A DNA stretch of 64,000 nucleotides from a bacterium (GCA_963555815.3 CAUVWX020000002.1:160001-224000); one strand, 5' to 3'. Numbered from the stretch's first letter, positions 28,853-39,842 are shown. Program-made: numbers and translations. The notes: a model not told the origin generated them from the letters alone.

Positions 28853-28916
28853 AGGTGAGGCCCCCTGAAACAAGGTAGGGGGTTCGGTCCTGCGACATGA
28901 GAGGGAGCAAGAAAGC

Positions 28917-30395
28917 ATGAATATTTTCTCTAAGGGGTTCAGGGTGTCAATCAGTAGGGGTACGGTTCTTCTCGCAGGGGGAGCCCTCCTTGGGGTCTTG
29001 ACCCTTCCCGCATTTGCCCAAGAAACCCCAGGGAGTCGGGTCGTCAACCTTGACGAGGCCATCCGTCTCGCTCTTCAGAATAACGCCGAGATCAAAGAGT
29101 CTAAGGAGGGCATATCCGGGGCCCTGGGGAAAAAGCGGCAAGCGGATGCAGCCCGATTTGCCCAGGCGGACCTCCTTACCCTCCTTGGGCCCTCGCCCCA
29201 AGCCCGTGGAAACCAGATCGTCTCCCCGGACGATGTGGACAGACCCACCCTCAACGGGGTCTTCACGCGGGCCATCGTCCAGATCACCCAGCCCATCTAC
29301 ACCTTCGGCGAGATTAGCGGGCTTCGGGAGGCAGCCTCCTCGGGGGTGAGAGTGGAGGAGGCCAGGGTCCAAGAAAAATCGTCCAAGGTTATTGTGGCAG
29401 TGAAGCAGTTCTACTACGGGGTGATCCTGGCACGGGAGCTAAGGATCCTCGCCCAGGAGGTCATGGATCAGCTGGATGTCGCCAAGCAAAAGGTGAGGCA
29501 ACTCCTTGACCAGGGGTCCGTCTCGGTGGATGAAGTGGCCCTCTGGAAGCTCGAGGCTTTTCAGGGGACGGTCGAGACCGGTCTCCATGAGGCTGAGAAG
29601 GCCGCCGAGCTCGCCCTAGGGGCCCTTAAATTCACCTTGGGGTTTGGCCCCAATGAGGACCTCGACGTGGCTGACCGGCGGCTTATCATCGAGCAAACGG
29701 CGCTGGAATCCCTTTCCTTTTATCAGGAGAGGTCCTTTGAGCTTCGCCCGGAGTTCGTCCAGATCCAAGAGGGGCTGAAAGCTCTTCGGGCCCTCGTGCG
29801 GGTGGAAAAGAGCAGGTACTACCCGAAATTCTTCATTGCGGCCCTGGCCGATGCGGCTGAGGCCGGAAACAGGACCGACATTAATAACCCTTTCATCAAT
29901 GACGAGCTAAACCATGAGACGTTGGGCGTCGCCGTGGGTTTCAAGTGGGCTTTCAATTTCGGCATCACGACGGGGAAGGTCCAGGTGGCCCGGGCAGAGG
30001 TGGCCAAGCTGGAGCACAAGAAGACCTTTGCTGAAGGGGGTATCCCCCTCCAGGTCAAGAAGGCCTATGAAGAGGTGATGGAGGCCGACAAGAACTTTGA
30101 AGTGACTGAGACCTCCTACCAATCGGCTCGAAAGTGGCTGGTCGCCTCCGTTGCCAACTTTGACCTCGGGATCGGAGACCCGGAGGAGATCTTTGAGGCC
30201 CTGGAACAGTATGCGAAGATGCGAGTGAGGAACTTCCAGTCGATGTTTGAGCACAACCTCGCTGTGGCAAAGTTGGAGCACGCGAGCGGCCTCCTGGTGG
30301 TGTCGGTGGAGCAGGCTGGGGGGGCTGAGGAGGAGAAGCCGGCGGATCAGGCTAGGGAGGAAAGGGATATCGACGATGATGAAAGCATTTCTTAA
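28917..30395 (+). CDS. TolC-family outer membrane protein
   Basis: Signal peptide, LDEAIRLALQNN, ITQPIYTFG, RPE, duplicated OEP repeats. Confidence 0.88.
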   Translation: MNIFSKGFRVSISRGTVLLAGGALLGVLTLPAFAQETPGSRVVNLDEAIRLALQNNAEIKESKEGISGALGKKRQADAARFAQADLLTLLGPSPQARGNQIVSPDDVDRPTLNGVFTRAIVQITQPIYTFGEISGLREAASSGVRVEEARVQEKSSKVIVAVKQFYYGVILARELRILAQEVMDQLDVAKQKVRQLLDQGSVSVDEVALWKLEAFQGTVETGLHEAEKAAELALGALKFTLGFGPNEDLDVADRRLIIEQTALESLSFYQERSFELRPEFVQIQEGLKALRALVRVEKSRYYPKFFIAALADAAEAGNRTDINNPFINDELNHETLGVAVGFKWAFNFGITTGKVQVARAEVAKLEHKKTFAEGGIPLQVKKAYEEVMEADKNFEVTETSYQSARKWLVASVANFDLGIGDPEEIFEALEQYAKMRVRNFQSMFEHNLAVAKLEHASGLLVVSVEQAGGAEEEKPADQAREERDIDDDESIS

Positions 30396-30999
30396 CAGTT
30401 GGGCGAAGTGGGCGCTCTTAGGGGTGTTCCTGGCGGGCTTCACAATTGGGGAGCCCCTGGAGGCGCAGCCGAGGGATGAACTGAATGGGACGGTGGACGA
30501 AGTCATCGCTATCCTGAAGAACCCGAGCTTCGAGGGAGCGGCGAATACCCAGGCCCGCCGCGACCGCCTCCGTTTGACCATTGGCCCGCGATTTGATTTC
30601 CGCGAGATGGCCAAACGCTCCCTCGCACGGCACTGGAGGGATCGTTCCGAGGAGGAGAGGGACGAGTTCGTCGCGGTCTTCGCAGACCTCCTGGAACAGT
30701 CCTATGTGTCGAGAATCGAGGATTACACAGATCAAGAGATTCTCTATCCAGAGGAGCGGATTGAGGACAATTTTGCCGAAGTCGGGACCAAGATCGTCGT
30801 AGAGTCAGGGCGAGAAGTCCCGATCGATTATCGTCTATACCAGACCGAGAGCGGCTGGCGCGTCTATGACATCGTCATCGAAGGCGTAAGCCTTGTTAGC
30901 AACTACCGCTCCCAGTTCAACCGCATCATCAACCAGAATTCCTACGACGCGCTCCTGAATCGGATGCACACAAAGCAAGAGGAAGAGGCGGGCAATTGA
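30376..30999 (+). CDS. mlaC: MlaC / Ttg2D periplasmic lipid-binding protein
   Basis: FDFREMAKRSLARHW, WRVYDIVIEGVSLVSNYRSQF. Confidence 0.92.
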   Translation: MMKAFLNSWAKWALLGVFLAGFTIGEPLEAQPRDELNGTVDEVIAILKNPSFEGAANTQARRDRLRLTIGPRFDFREMAKRSLARHWRDRSEEERDEFVAVFADLLEQSYVSRIEDYTDQEILYPEERIEDNFAEVGTKIVVESGREVPIDYRLYQTESGWRVYDIVIEGVSLVSNYRSQFNRIINQNSYDALLNRMHTKQEEEAGN

Positions 31000-31061
31000 G
31001 CCCCCGTTAAGAGCGGCATGGTGAAAATAAGAGTGGGGAAAGACAGTCCGAGGAGGGTAGC

Positions 31062-31499
31062 ATGGGACAGAAGGGGGGAGGGTCCGTCCGGCTGAGGGGG
31101 ACTCTCTTCCATGGGCTTGGGGTGGGGTCCCGTTTTACTGAGCTCCCCTGGGCCAAGGAAAAGTTAAAGCAGATTCTAGGATTTATCCCTCACCCGGGCA
31201 CTCTCAATCTTCGCCTGGATCGCAAAGAAAGCGCCGACCCCCTCTCTACCATCCGGTCCTCGCCGGGCCACCTCATGTCTCCCCCCGATGATTCCTCCTG
31301 CGCCGCCCGCTGCTACCCGGCGACCATCGCGGGGCACATCCCCGGGGGCCTCGTGGTCCCCGTGGTGGACGGCTATCGCGAGGACGTCTTGGAGCTCCTG
31401 GCCCCGGTCAATCTCCGCGAGACTTTAGACCTGGAAGAAGGAGACCTCGTCTGGGTGGAGGTCTTCGTGGAGGGAAAGCGGGGAATCCCCTTCGATTGA
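31062..31499 (+). CDS. Archaeal-type CTP-dependent riboflavin kinase (DUF120)
   Basis: GLGVG, LGFIPHPGTLNL, LELLAPVNLRETLDLEEGD. Confidence 0.8.
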   Translation: MGQKGGGSVRLRGTLFHGLGVGSRFTELPWAKEKLKQILGFIPHPGTLNLRLDRKESADPLSTIRSSPGHLMSPPDDSSCAARCYPATIAGHIPGGLVVPVVDGYREDVLELLAPVNLRETLDLEEGDLVWVEVFVEGKRGIPFD

Positions 31500-31534
31500 G
31501 CTTTCGGGATTGTGGCTGGGGATGCGCTTTTCTC

Positions 31535-32767
31535 TCAGGTGGGGATGGCGTCTGGTTTCTCCAGCGCTGCTTTTAGCCGCTGGAGGAAATCAGCGGCTGG
31601 CGCCCCGTCGATGATGCGGTGGTCAAAGGAGAGGCTGAGATAGAGGATGTCTCGGATGACGACGTGGCCATCCATGGCGACCGGCGTCTTGGTAACCTTC
31701 CCAATCCCGAGAATACAGGCGTCCGGCAGGTTGACAATGGGCGTGAACATCTGGATCCCGTAAGCTCCGAGGTTCGTCGTCGTAAAGGTGCTCCCCTGGA
31801 CCTCTTCCAGTGTGAGCTTTCCTTCCCTGGCCCGGCCGGCGAGGTCTCGGGTCTCCCGAGCGATGGTCCCAAGGTCCTTCTGGTCGGTGTTTCGGATCAC
31901 AGGGACGATGAGGCCCGCCTCGGTCTGGACGGCAACGCCTATGTGGATGTCCTCTAGAATCTGGATCACGTCCCCTTCGAGTCTTGCATTAACAGCAGGG
32001 AAACGGCGGATGGTCCTGGTGATGTAGTGGACGAGGAGGTCATTGAATGAGATCTTTGTCCCATAAGCCTTCCCCCAGAGGGCCTGATTCGTTTCCCGCA
32101 TCTGGACGATTTCTGTCATATCCACGTCGATGATCTCGGTCACCCGAGCCACCTGAGCCCAACTCTGGGCCATGCGCTCGGCGATCACCTTCCGGATCCC
32201 CTTGACGGCAATAGTCTCGGTTTTCCCGGCGGGGACGGGGGCCGCGCGCATCCCAGGGGGAGCCGCAGATTTTGTCTGGGCTGCCTGCTCGATGTCGGCT
32301 TTGACGATTCGGCCATTTGGGCCACTTCCCCGAACGGCCTTATAGTCCACCCCCAGTTCCTGGGCGAGTTTCCGAGCGGCCGGTGAGATGGGAACCTTTT
32401 CTCCGCGGGAGGGGGGGGCCTTGGTGGCCTCCGCGCCGGTGGGCGGGGAGGGAGTCGTGGCGGGCTTTGGAGGGGCAGCAGGGGAGGGCTTGACGGTCTC
32501 TGGGGGGGCAACTTCGGGGACCGCCTCGCCAGAGGCACCGATGAAGGCGATGGGTCTCCCCGTGGGGATCACCTCTCCCTCTTTGGCAAGGGTTTTTAGG
32601 ACCGTTCCCGCGGAGGGGGCCTCCAATTCATACTCCACCTTGTCGGTCTGGATGGAAACGAGGGGCTCCCCTTTTCCGATGGTCTCGCCCTCTTGCTTGT
32701 GCCAACTCAGGATAGTCCCTTCCTCCATGGTTTGGCCAAGTTTGGGCATGGTGATCTGCGTTGCCAT
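31535..32767 (-). CDS. Dihydrolipoamide acyltransferase (E2) of a 2-oxoacid dehydrogenase complex
   Basis: Lipoyl TDKV, SPAARKLA, G-GPNGRI, DHRIIDG. Confidence 0.93.
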   Translation of the reverse strand: MATQITMPKLGQTMEEGTILSWHKQEGETIGKGEPLVSIQTDKVEYELEAPSAGTVLKTLAKEGEVIPTGRPIAFIGASGEAVPEVAPPETVKPSPAAPPKPATTPSPPTGAEATKAPPSRGEKVPISPAARKLAQELGVDYKAVRGSGPNGRIVKADIEQAAQTKSAAPPGMRAAPVPAGKTETIAVKGIRKVIAERMAQSWAQVARVTEIIDVDMTEIVQMRETNQALWGKAYGTKISFNDLLVHYITRTIRRFPAVNARLEGDVIQILEDIHIGVAVQTEAGLIVPVIRNTDQKDLGTIARETRDLAGRAREGKLTLEEVQGSTFTTTNLGAYGIQMFTPIVNLPDACILGIGKVTKTPVAMDGHVVIRDILYLSLSFDHRIIDGAPAADFLQRLKAALEKPDAIPT

Positions 32768-32995
32768 CCTCTTAAACCTCCTCCATCAGCCCACGTGGAA
32801 GGGCATTTCTGTTTAGAAAAAGTTTTTTGTATCTTAGCATGCGAAGGCGGGTTGTCAACCTCGAGCCCTTGCAGTATCGAGCCTCGCGGGGGGGGGGGCA
32901 AGCCCGTCGCCCCGACCTTGACGCACGTAGGAAGGGGGTATAACTTCGTTCAAAAGGAGAAGGGGGTTTCTCAACGGATATGGGCCGGCACAGAG

Positions 32996-33166
32996 ATGAT
33001 GCAGGTATTTAGAAGACAGGGGATCGAGGGGGCGATTTTAATCGCCTGCGCCTTGGTTAGTGTTTTCTTTGGGCTCAAAGTGGGTGACTTGAATTACAAG
33101 CTCTTCCTTTTCCTTCTGGCGGGTGTCTTGGCCCTCGCCATTTTCCGCCCGAAGCACTCCCCGTAA
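32996..33166 (+). CDS. Small 2-TM hypothetical protein
   Basis: MMQVFRRQG followed by two hydrophobic helices; TTGACG promoter-like site upstream. Confidence 0.45.
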   Translation: MMQVFRRQGIEGAILIACALVSVFFGLKVGDLNYKLFLFLLAGVLALAIFRPKHSP

Positions 33167-33185
33167 AGAGGGTCTCGGTTGGCTT

Positions 33186-33262
33186 GGCGGTGTAGCTCAG
33201 CTGGTTAGAGCATGCGGCTCATATCCGCAGAGTCCGGGGTTCGAATCCCTGCACCGCCACCA
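33186..33262 (+). tRNA. tRNA with CAT anticodon, probably elongator Met
   Basis: GGCGGTGTAGCTCAGCTGGTTAGAGCATGCGGCTCATATCCGCAGAGTCCGGGGTTCGAATCCCTGCACCGCCACCA; G1-C72 paired, so not initiator. Confidence 0.93.
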
Positions 33263-33330
33263 TTTCACTGCTCTTGAACGAGGAGGTCTCAGCGAAGACC
33301 CCTCGGATGAGCCCTTTTAAGAGGGCCAAG

Positions 33331-34755
33331 GTGATGCATCCCTTCCTGAAAAGTTTTTGCCGCACCCTCCAGAGATATGAGATGGTTTGCCCAGGGGAGC
33401 GGATCCTCGTCGGGGTCTCGGGAGGGCCTGACTCCGTCTCTCTCCTGCATGGTCTTCTTCACCTCGACCTTTCCCTTGAGCTCCGGATCCTTCATATCCA
33501 CCACAGCCTTCGGGGGGCCGAGGCCGACGAGGAAGCCAAGTGGGTGGAGAGTCTCGGGGCCCGCCTGGGTGTGCCCTACACCGAGAGAAAGATTGAGCCC
33601 GGGTCTCTTGTGACCCCGGGGTTTTCCCTTCAAATGGCGGCCCGAAAAAGGCGCTATGAGATCTTCCGTGAGGAGGTCGAGCGCCAAGGGGCCCATCGCC
33701 TGGCCCTCGGCCACACCGCCGACGACCGGGCTGAGACGCTCCTCATGGGACTCCTCCGGGGTGCCGGTCTCAAAGGGCTTTCCGGGATTCCTCCTGTGCG
33801 GGAGGGTTGGATTATCCGGCCCCTTTTGGAGACGCCGAGAAGTCTCATCGAGGAGTTTCTCTCCAGCGAGGGGATCCCCTTCCTTCAGGACCCCTCCAAT
33901 CTTCGTCAGGAATATCTTCGAAATTGTATTCGCCACCGCCTCCTCCCGGACCTCGAGGCCTCCTATAATCCACGCCTCCGAGAGACCCTCGCCCGGACAG
34001 CTGAACGGCTTTGGGCGGAGAATGAGTGGATGGAGGCCGAGACAGCCCGCGCCCTGGATCGACTTCTCGTCCGATGGCCGGAAGGGGAGGTGGCCCTTCC
34101 TGTCGCGACTTTAGCGGAGACCCATCTGGCCCTTCGACGACGCTTAATTCTGAAGATCTTGACGGACATGGGGGCTCCTGCCGCCCGCATCCGATCGGTC
34201 CATATCGAGGTCCTCTTGGAGAGCCTTTCCCGCTGGAGCGGGGAGCGTCGATTTCGGCTCCCCGGGGATTTTAACGTTACTCGAGATCGACACTGGCTCA
34301 TCTTTCGGCGGGGTGCCGAGCCACCCCGGCCTTCAGCTGAGGTCCCCCTTCAGATCCCGGGGCGGACTGCCCTTGAGCCTTGGGGTCTCACCCTCTCGGC
34401 CCAAATCTTCGACCGCGGGGACAAAAGCCCCTTCGAGGCGGACCCCCTTCGGGCCTGGTTCGATCTCGGGAGCGTGGGGGGAGAGCTCCTCGTCCGGTCT
34501 CGAAGACCAGGAGATCGTTTCCGGCCCTTGGGGTTCTCAGGGACGAAGAAACTGAAGGATTTTTTCATTGACGCCAGAATCCCTCGACGAGAAAGAGACA
34601 CCATCCCCCTCCTCGTCGCCGGGGAGCAGATTCTTTGGATCATTGGCCATCGTCTTGGGGAGGGGGCTGGAATTTCGGCGGAAACCAAGGCCATTTTGGC
34701 GCTTGAGGTGGATCAAAAGGGAAGGGCTAAAGAGAGCCCGGAGAAAAGATCTTGA
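33331..34755 (+). CDS. tilS: tRNA(Ile)-lysidine synthetase
   Basis: SGGPDS, AARKRRY, GHTADDRAET, IRPLL, RNCIRH, C-terminal GDRF...KKLKDFFID. Confidence 0.95.
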   Translation: MMHPFLKSFCRTLQRYEMVCPGERILVGVSGGPDSVSLLHGLLHLDLSLELRILHIHHSLRGAEADEEAKWVESLGARLGVPYTERKIEPGSLVTPGFSLQMAARKRRYEIFREEVERQGAHRLALGHTADDRAETLLMGLLRGAGLKGLSGIPPVREGWIIRPLLETPRSLIEEFLSSEGIPFLQDPSNLRQEYLRNCIRHRLLPDLEASYNPRLRETLARTAERLWAENEWMEAETARALDRLLVRWPEGEVALPVATLAETHLALRRRLILKILTDMGAPAARIRSVHIEVLLESLSRWSGERRFRLPGDFNVTRDRHWLIFRRGAEPPRPSAEVPLQIPGRTALEPWGLTLSAQIFDRGDKSPFEADPLRAWFDLGSVGGELLVRSRRPGDRFRPLGFSGTKKLKDFFIDARIPRRERDTIPLLVAGEQILWIIGHRLGEGAGISAETKAILALEVDQKGRAKESPEKRS

Positions 34756-34846
34756 ATTTGCGCCATGATATGCTTAACTTTTTGAGTGGGATAAGAACTT
34801 CCCTGAGACCCTGTTGCGTTCGACCTCGAGAGAGGAGAGGGGCGTC

Positions 34847-36772
34847 TTGAATCAATTTTATAGAAACTTGGCCCTCTGGCTTCTGATCGGGCTGATGATG
34901 GTGTTTGTCTTCCAACTTTTCAGTAGCCGTCAGCTGCCCGAGACGGAGGTCATCTTTAGCCAGTTTGTCGAGGATGTGGAGGAGGGGCGTGTCCTGGAGG
35001 TGACGATCCAGGGAAACAATATCCACGGTCAATTCGCTGACGGTGGCGCCTTCAGGACTTTTGCTCCGGAAGACCCCGAACTCATTTCGATCTTGCGGGC
35101 GAAGAGCGTCAGCATCCGGGCGGAGCCTCCTCAGCAGAACGCTTGGTATACGAACCTCCTCCTCTCGTGGTTCCCAATGTTGATCCTCCTCGGCATCTGG
35201 GTCTTTTTCATGCGTCAGATGCAGGCCGGCGGGAGCAAGGCGCTCTCTTTTGGCAAAAGCAAGGCTCGCTTTCTCTCAGACCATAAGAAGAAGGCCACCT
35301 TCCAGGATGTGGCGGGCGTCCAGGAAGCGAAAGAAGAGCTTCAGGAGATCATCGAGTTTCTGAGAGAGCCCCAAAAGTTCCAGGAGCTTGGAGGAAAGAT
35401 CCCCAAGGGGGTCCTCTTGGTCGGTCCCCCGGGGACGGGAAAGACCCTTTTGGCCCGGGCCATTGCCGGGGAGGCGGGTGTGCCTTTCTTCAGCATCAGC
35501 GGCTCGGACTTTGTGGAAATGTTCGTGGGCGTGGGTGCCTCCCGCGTCCGTGACCTCTTCGAACAGGGTAAGAAACACGCCCCTTGCATCATCTTCGTTG
35601 ACGAGATCGATGCCGTCGGCCGACATCGCGGGGCGGGGCTCGGGGGCGGCCATGACGAAAGAGAGCAGACCCTGAACCAGCTCCTTGTCGAGATGGACGG
35701 TTTTGAGTCGAACGAAGGGGTTATCCTTATTGCTGCCACCAATCGCCCCGACGTCCTGGACCCGGCCCTTACGCGCCCGGGGCGTTTCGACCGCCTAGTG
35801 GTGGTTCCCCTTCCGGACCTTCGGGGCCGGGAGGAGATCCTCAAGGTCCATAGTAGGAAGGTCCGCGTTGGAGAATCGGTGAACCTCGCAGTGATCGCCC
35901 GGGGAACGCCGGGCTTCTCAGGGGCCGATCTTGCCAACCTCGTGAACGAGGCGGCCCTTTTCGCCGCTCGGATGGGGAAGAAGGCGGTCGGCATGTCCGA
36001 CTTTGAGCACTCCAAGGACCGGGTCATGATGGGCGCCGAGCGCAAGAGCATGATAGTCAGCGACGAGGACAAGCAGAAGATCGCTTTTCACGAGTCGGGG
36101 CATACGCTGGTGTCCAAGCTCATCCCTGGAACGGATCCTATCCACAAGGTGACCATCATCCCGCGGGGACTGGCCCTTGGCCTGATGCAGCCCCTTCCGG
36201 AGGAGAAATACACCCACTCCAAGACGTATCTGCTGAACCAGTTGGCCGTTTATATGGGCGGCCGAGCTGCTGAGGAGGTCGTCTTTGGCGAAGGGGAGAT
36301 GACCACTGGGGCGGCCAACGACATTGAGAAGGCCACGGACCTCGCGCGAAAGATGGTCTGTGAGTTCGGCATGAGCGATAGGTTAGGGCCTCTGGCCTTC
36401 GGGAAGAAGGACGAACATATCTTCCTCGGCCGCGAGTTTTCCCGCCACAAAGATTTTAGCGAGCGGACAGCCATCCAGATTGATGAAGAGATTACCCTGA
36501 TGGTCTCAGAGAATTATGACCGGGCCAGGAAGCTCCTCGCCGAAAATCGGGACAAGCTTGACGCCATCGCCCACGCACTTCTTGAAAAGGAGTCTTTGGA
36601 CGGGGCAGATGTGGACACCATCTTCGAAAAGGGCTTTTTGCCCGCGTCCAAGCCCGTCGCTGAGGAGACCCCGCCCGACGCCCCGGCCCCCGATGCCCAG
36701 CAGGAAAAAACGGACGTCGTCCCACGCGCTCAAGTCTCCGGCCCTCCCCCTCCCAGGGAGCAGCCGGCTTAG
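34847..36772 (+). CDS. ftsH: ATP-dependent zinc metalloprotease FtsH
   Basis: 2 [29 protein letters not shown]. Confidence 0.98.
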   Translation: MNQFYRNLALWLLIGLMMVFVFQLFSSRQLPETEVIFSQFVEDVEEGRVLEVTIQGNNIHGQFADGGAFRTFAPEDPELISILRAKSVSIRAEPPQQNAWYTNLLLSWFPMLILLGIWVFFMRQMQAGGSKALSFGKSKARFLSDHKKKATFQDVAGVQEAKEELQEIIEFLREPQKFQELGGKIPKGVLLVGPPGTGKTLLARAIAGEAGVPFFSISGSDFVEMFVGVGASRVRDLFEQGKKHAPCIIFVDEIDAVGRHRGAGLGGGHDEREQTLNQLLVEMDGFESNEGVILIAATNRPDVLDPALTRPGRFDRLVVVPLPDLRGREEILKVHSRKVRVGESVNLAVIARGTPGFSGADLANLVNEAALFAARMGKKAVGMSDFEHSKDRVMMGAERKSMIVSDEDKQKIAFHESGHTLVSKLIPGTDPIHKVTIIPRGLALGLMQPLPEEKYTHSKTYLLNQLAVYMGGRAAEEVVFGEGEMTTGAANDIEKATDLARKMVCEFGMSDRLGPLAFGKKDEHIFLGREFSRHKDFSERTAIQIDEEITLMVSENYDRARKLLAENRDKLDAIAHALLEKESLDGADVDTIFEKGFLPASKPVAEETPPDAPAPDAQQEKTDVVPRAQVSGPPPPREQPA

Positions 36773-36964
36773 AAGACCGAGGAGCTCTGGGCGAAGGAGG
36801 CTCGGCGATGGGCCCGAGGCTGACGCTCAGGCTCCCTAGAAACTCATCCCCCCAAAGCCGGATCCTGACTCCCACCGCCCGTGGCGGATCTCTCGTTTCC
36901 CTTTTGGGTACTCCCGGCCCAGGCGGCTCGGGGGGGCCTCTTTGGGTCCCTTGAGGAAGACGTG

Positions 36965-37699
36965 ATGGTTGATCTTTGTGTGAACGTGGACCATGTGGCC
37001 ACTCTCCGTCAGGCCCGAAGGGGAGTCGAGCCCGACCCCATTGCGGCGGCCCTCCAAGCTGAGATGGCTGGGGCGGTGGGGATTACGGTTCACTTGAGAG
37101 AGGACCGACGCCACATCCAGGAACGAGACCTTCGCCTCCTTCGAGAAGTGGTCCGGGGGAAGCTGAACCTGGAGATGGCCCCGGTGGAGGAAATGAAGAT
37201 TATTGCCATCGAGGTTCGACCGGATCAGGTAACCCTGGTCCCCGAGCGGCGGCAGGAGTTGACGACTGAGGGGGGGCTTGATGCCCACCGTCTGAAGGGG
37301 ACTCTGGAGGGCCTTCTCCCGGCGCTTCGGGATGCCGGTCTTCTTGTAAGCCTTTTCATTGACCCCGCCGAACTCCAGATCAAGGCGGCCAAGGAGTTGG
37401 GCGTTGACTCCGTTGAGATCAATACAGCCCGCTACTCCGAGGCCCGCAGGCCCGCCGACATCGACCGGGAGTTTGCGCAGATCCAGCAGGTCGTTGAGGA
37501 AGCCGGGGCCGCTGGGCTCGGCGTCCACGCCGGCCACGGACTCGATTACTTCAACACGGGCCGGGTGGCGGCGCTTTCCCAGATCTCGGAACTCAACATC
37601 GGTTATAGCATTGTTTCCCGCGCGCTCTTTGTGGGGGTGGAGCGGGCAGTCCTGGAGATGGTGGAGATCCTCAGGCGAACGGCTGCGGACGGAGGCTGA
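36965..37699 (+). CDS. pdxJ: Pyridoxine 5'-phosphate synthase
   Basis: NVDHVATLRQAR, HLREDRRHIQ, TTEGGLD, HAGHGL. Confidence 0.97.
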   Translation: MVDLCVNVDHVATLRQARRGVEPDPIAAALQAEMAGAVGITVHLREDRRHIQERDLRLLREVVRGKLNLEMAPVEEMKIIAIEVRPDQVTLVPERRQELTTEGGLDAHRLKGTLEGLLPALRDAGLLVSLFIDPAELQIKAAKELGVDSVEINTARYSEARRPADIDREFAQIQQVVEEAGAAGLGVHAGHGLDYFNTGRVAALSQISELNIGYSIVSRALFVGVERAVLEMVEILRRTAADGG

Positions 37700-37704
37700 G
37701 GGAA

Positions 37705-39267
37705 ATGCTGACACCCGTTGCCACGGCGGCAGAGATGGCGGCCATTGACCAGCGGACCATCGAGGAGTTCGGCCTTCCGGGGGTGTGCCTCATGGAGAAC
37801 GCCGGGGCCCGAGTGGTCGAGGCCATGAAGGCTCGCTACAGTGACCTTCGAGGCCGCCCCATCCGGCTTCTGGCCGGAAAGGGGAATAACGGCGGGGACG
37901 CCTTTGTGGCGGCTCGCCACCTGGCAAATCTGGGGGCCGACGTTGCCGTCTACCTGCTTTGTGCCCCCGAGGAGGCTCGGGGGGATGTCCGAATCCACCT
38001 AGAGGTCCTGCGGCGGATGGAGGTCCCCCTTCATCTTGTCACGAATGAGGAGGAGGTCCGAAAGGCCTTCCAAGACCGCGAGGAGGCCATTTGGGTAGAT
38101 GGGGTTTTTGGGACTGGCCTGGATTCGGAGCCTCGCGGCCACATCGCAGAGGCCCTCTTCGCCCTTGGGTCAAAGGGAGTCCCCATCGTCGCGATCGACA
38201 TCCCCTCGGGAGTCCACGCCGATACGGGAAGGGCCCTTCGGGGGGCACTGAGGGCCGACTTGACGGTGACCTTCGGCCTGCCCAAGCGGGGCCAACTCCT
38301 CTACCCCGGGGCGGAGCATGTGGGGGAGTTTGTCGTGGCCGACATCGGGATTCCCGAGGAGGCGGTCAAGGCCCAAGGGATCACCACCTATCTCCTCGAC
38401 GCCCCTGACGTGAGGGCCCTCTTTCCGCCGGTTTCGCCGAACGCCCATAAGGGGACCTTTGGCCACGTCTTGGTCGTTGCCGGGTCTGTAGGAAAAATGG
38501 GGGCGGCCCATCTTGCGACCTCGGCTGTCCTTCGCATGGGGGGAGGGCTTGTGACCCTGGCCTACCCGAAGGATGCCGAGGCCCTGAGCTCGGCACCTGC
38601 CGAGGCGATGACGCTTCCCCTTCCCGCGACGACCGAGGGGACCATCGCTAAAGGGGCCGTGGGGCGTGTTTTGGAGATGGCCGAGCGGGTGGATGCCGTT
38701 GTCCTTGGCCCCGGCCTCACCACCCAGGATGAAACGGTCTCTTTTGTGAAGGAGCTGGTGACAAAATGCTCACGGCCGATGGTGGTGGACGCCGACGGCC
38801 TGAACGGCCTCGCCCAGGGTTTTGAGGGATGGAATTCCCTTCCCGCTCCCCGCTGCCTCACCCCCCATCCGGGGGAGATGGGGCGCCTTGTGGGAGTGGA
38901 GACTGGAGAGGTCCAGGCCGACCGGGTGGAGACCTGCCGGGCCTTTTCGCGCTCCCGGGGGGTCTTCCTGGTCCTCAAGGGGGCAAGGACTCTTATCGCC
39001 ACCCCTCAGGGAGAGGTTTTTTTCAATCCCACGGGGAACCCGGGCCTGGCCACCGGGGGGAGCGGAGATGTCCTGGCCGGTGCCATCGGGGCCCTCTTGG
39101 GTCAGGGACTTTCGCCCAAAGAGGCCCTCATCGTCGGGGTCTACACCCATGGGCTTGCAGGAGACCTGGGGGCCAAGGAGGTGGGCGTGCGGGGTCTTTT
39201 GGCCTCGGATGTCTTGGACCGACTGCCCGCTGCTCGACAGGTCCTCCTCGAGTCCTCGAAGGGATAG
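37705..39267 (+). CDS. nnr: Bifunctional NAD(P)H-hydrate epimerase/dehydratase
   Basis: LMENAG, GKGNNGGD, DIPSG, HKGTFG, TPHPGE, GGSGDVL. Confidence 0.95.
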   Translation: MLTPVATAAEMAAIDQRTIEEFGLPGVCLMENAGARVVEAMKARYSDLRGRPIRLLAGKGNNGGDAFVAARHLANLGADVAVYLLCAPEEARGDVRIHLEVLRRMEVPLHLVTNEEEVRKAFQDREEAIWVDGVFGTGLDSEPRGHIAEALFALGSKGVPIVAIDIPSGVHADTGRALRGALRADLTVTFGLPKRGQLLYPGAEHVGEFVVADIGIPEEAVKAQGITTYLLDAPDVRALFPPVSPNAHKGTFGHVLVVAGSVGKMGAAHLATSAVLRMGGGLVTLAYPKDAEALSSAPAEAMTLPLPATTEGTIAKGAVGRVLEMAERVDAVVLGPGLTTQDETVSFVKELVTKCSRPMVVDADGLNGLAQGFEGWNSLPAPRCLTPHPGEMGRLVGVETGEVQADRVETCRAFSRSRGVFLVLKGARTLIATPQGEVFFNPTGNPGLATGGSGDVLAGAIGALLGQGLSPKEALIVGVYTHGLAGDLGAKEVGVRGLLASDVLDRLPAARQVLLESSKG

Positions 39268-39275
39268 GGGCGGGC

Positions 39276-39773
39276 TTGCGCTGGAAGGTAAAATCTCGGG
39301 GTCCTCAAGTGACCCGTCGGCTTGGAGCTCTCCTTGGGGAAAATCTCTTTCGCGGGGCGGCCATTTGTCTCTCAGGTGATCTGGGGGCGGGGAAAACGCT
39401 CCTGACCCGCGGGATCATGGAAGGCCTTCGCGGAGACGACTCTGGGGTTCGAAGCCCCTCATTCACACTCATTAATCACTACACTGGTCCCACGGAGGTT
39501 TTCCACGTGGATCTCTATCGGCTCTCGGCCCGGGAGGAGGTAGAGGGACTGGGTCTTGAGGAGCTCTTCGAGGCGTCGGGTATCGTGGTTGTCGAATGGG
39601 CTGAGAAGCTGGGGGAGATGGCCCCGGCGGAGAGTTTGAAGGTCCAGCTTCAGGTCACGGGTCCCCTGGAGCGGGAGATCTCCTGGGAGACCTGTGGTGA
39701 AGCGTACGAGGTCCTCCTGACCCGAGTTCGAGGGGCATGGACCCCTTCCCGGGCCGAGGAGAGAGGGCGGTAA
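39276..39773 (+). CDS. tsaE: tRNA threonylcarbamoyladenosine biosynthesis ATPase
   Basis: GDLGAGKT, SPSFTL, HVDLYR, VEW; TTG start inferred. Confidence 0.93.
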   Translation: MRWKVKSRGPQVTRRLGALLGENLFRGAAICLSGDLGAGKTLLTRGIMEGLRGDDSGVRSPSFTLINHYTGPTEVFHVDLYRLSAREEVEGLGLEELFEASGIVVVEWAEKLGEMAPAESLKVQLQVTGPLEREISWETCGEAYEVLLTRVRGAWTPSRAEERGR

Positions 39774-39842
39774 GGCATCTTTTCACTTTACAGTTATCAA
39801 AATCTGTGCCATATTTTCCTTTATTCTTAAGGAGGGAGACGT

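Noticed and set aside
38829..39275. Long N-terminal extension on TsaE
   Set aside because: Alternative frame overlapping nnr; real start near 39276.
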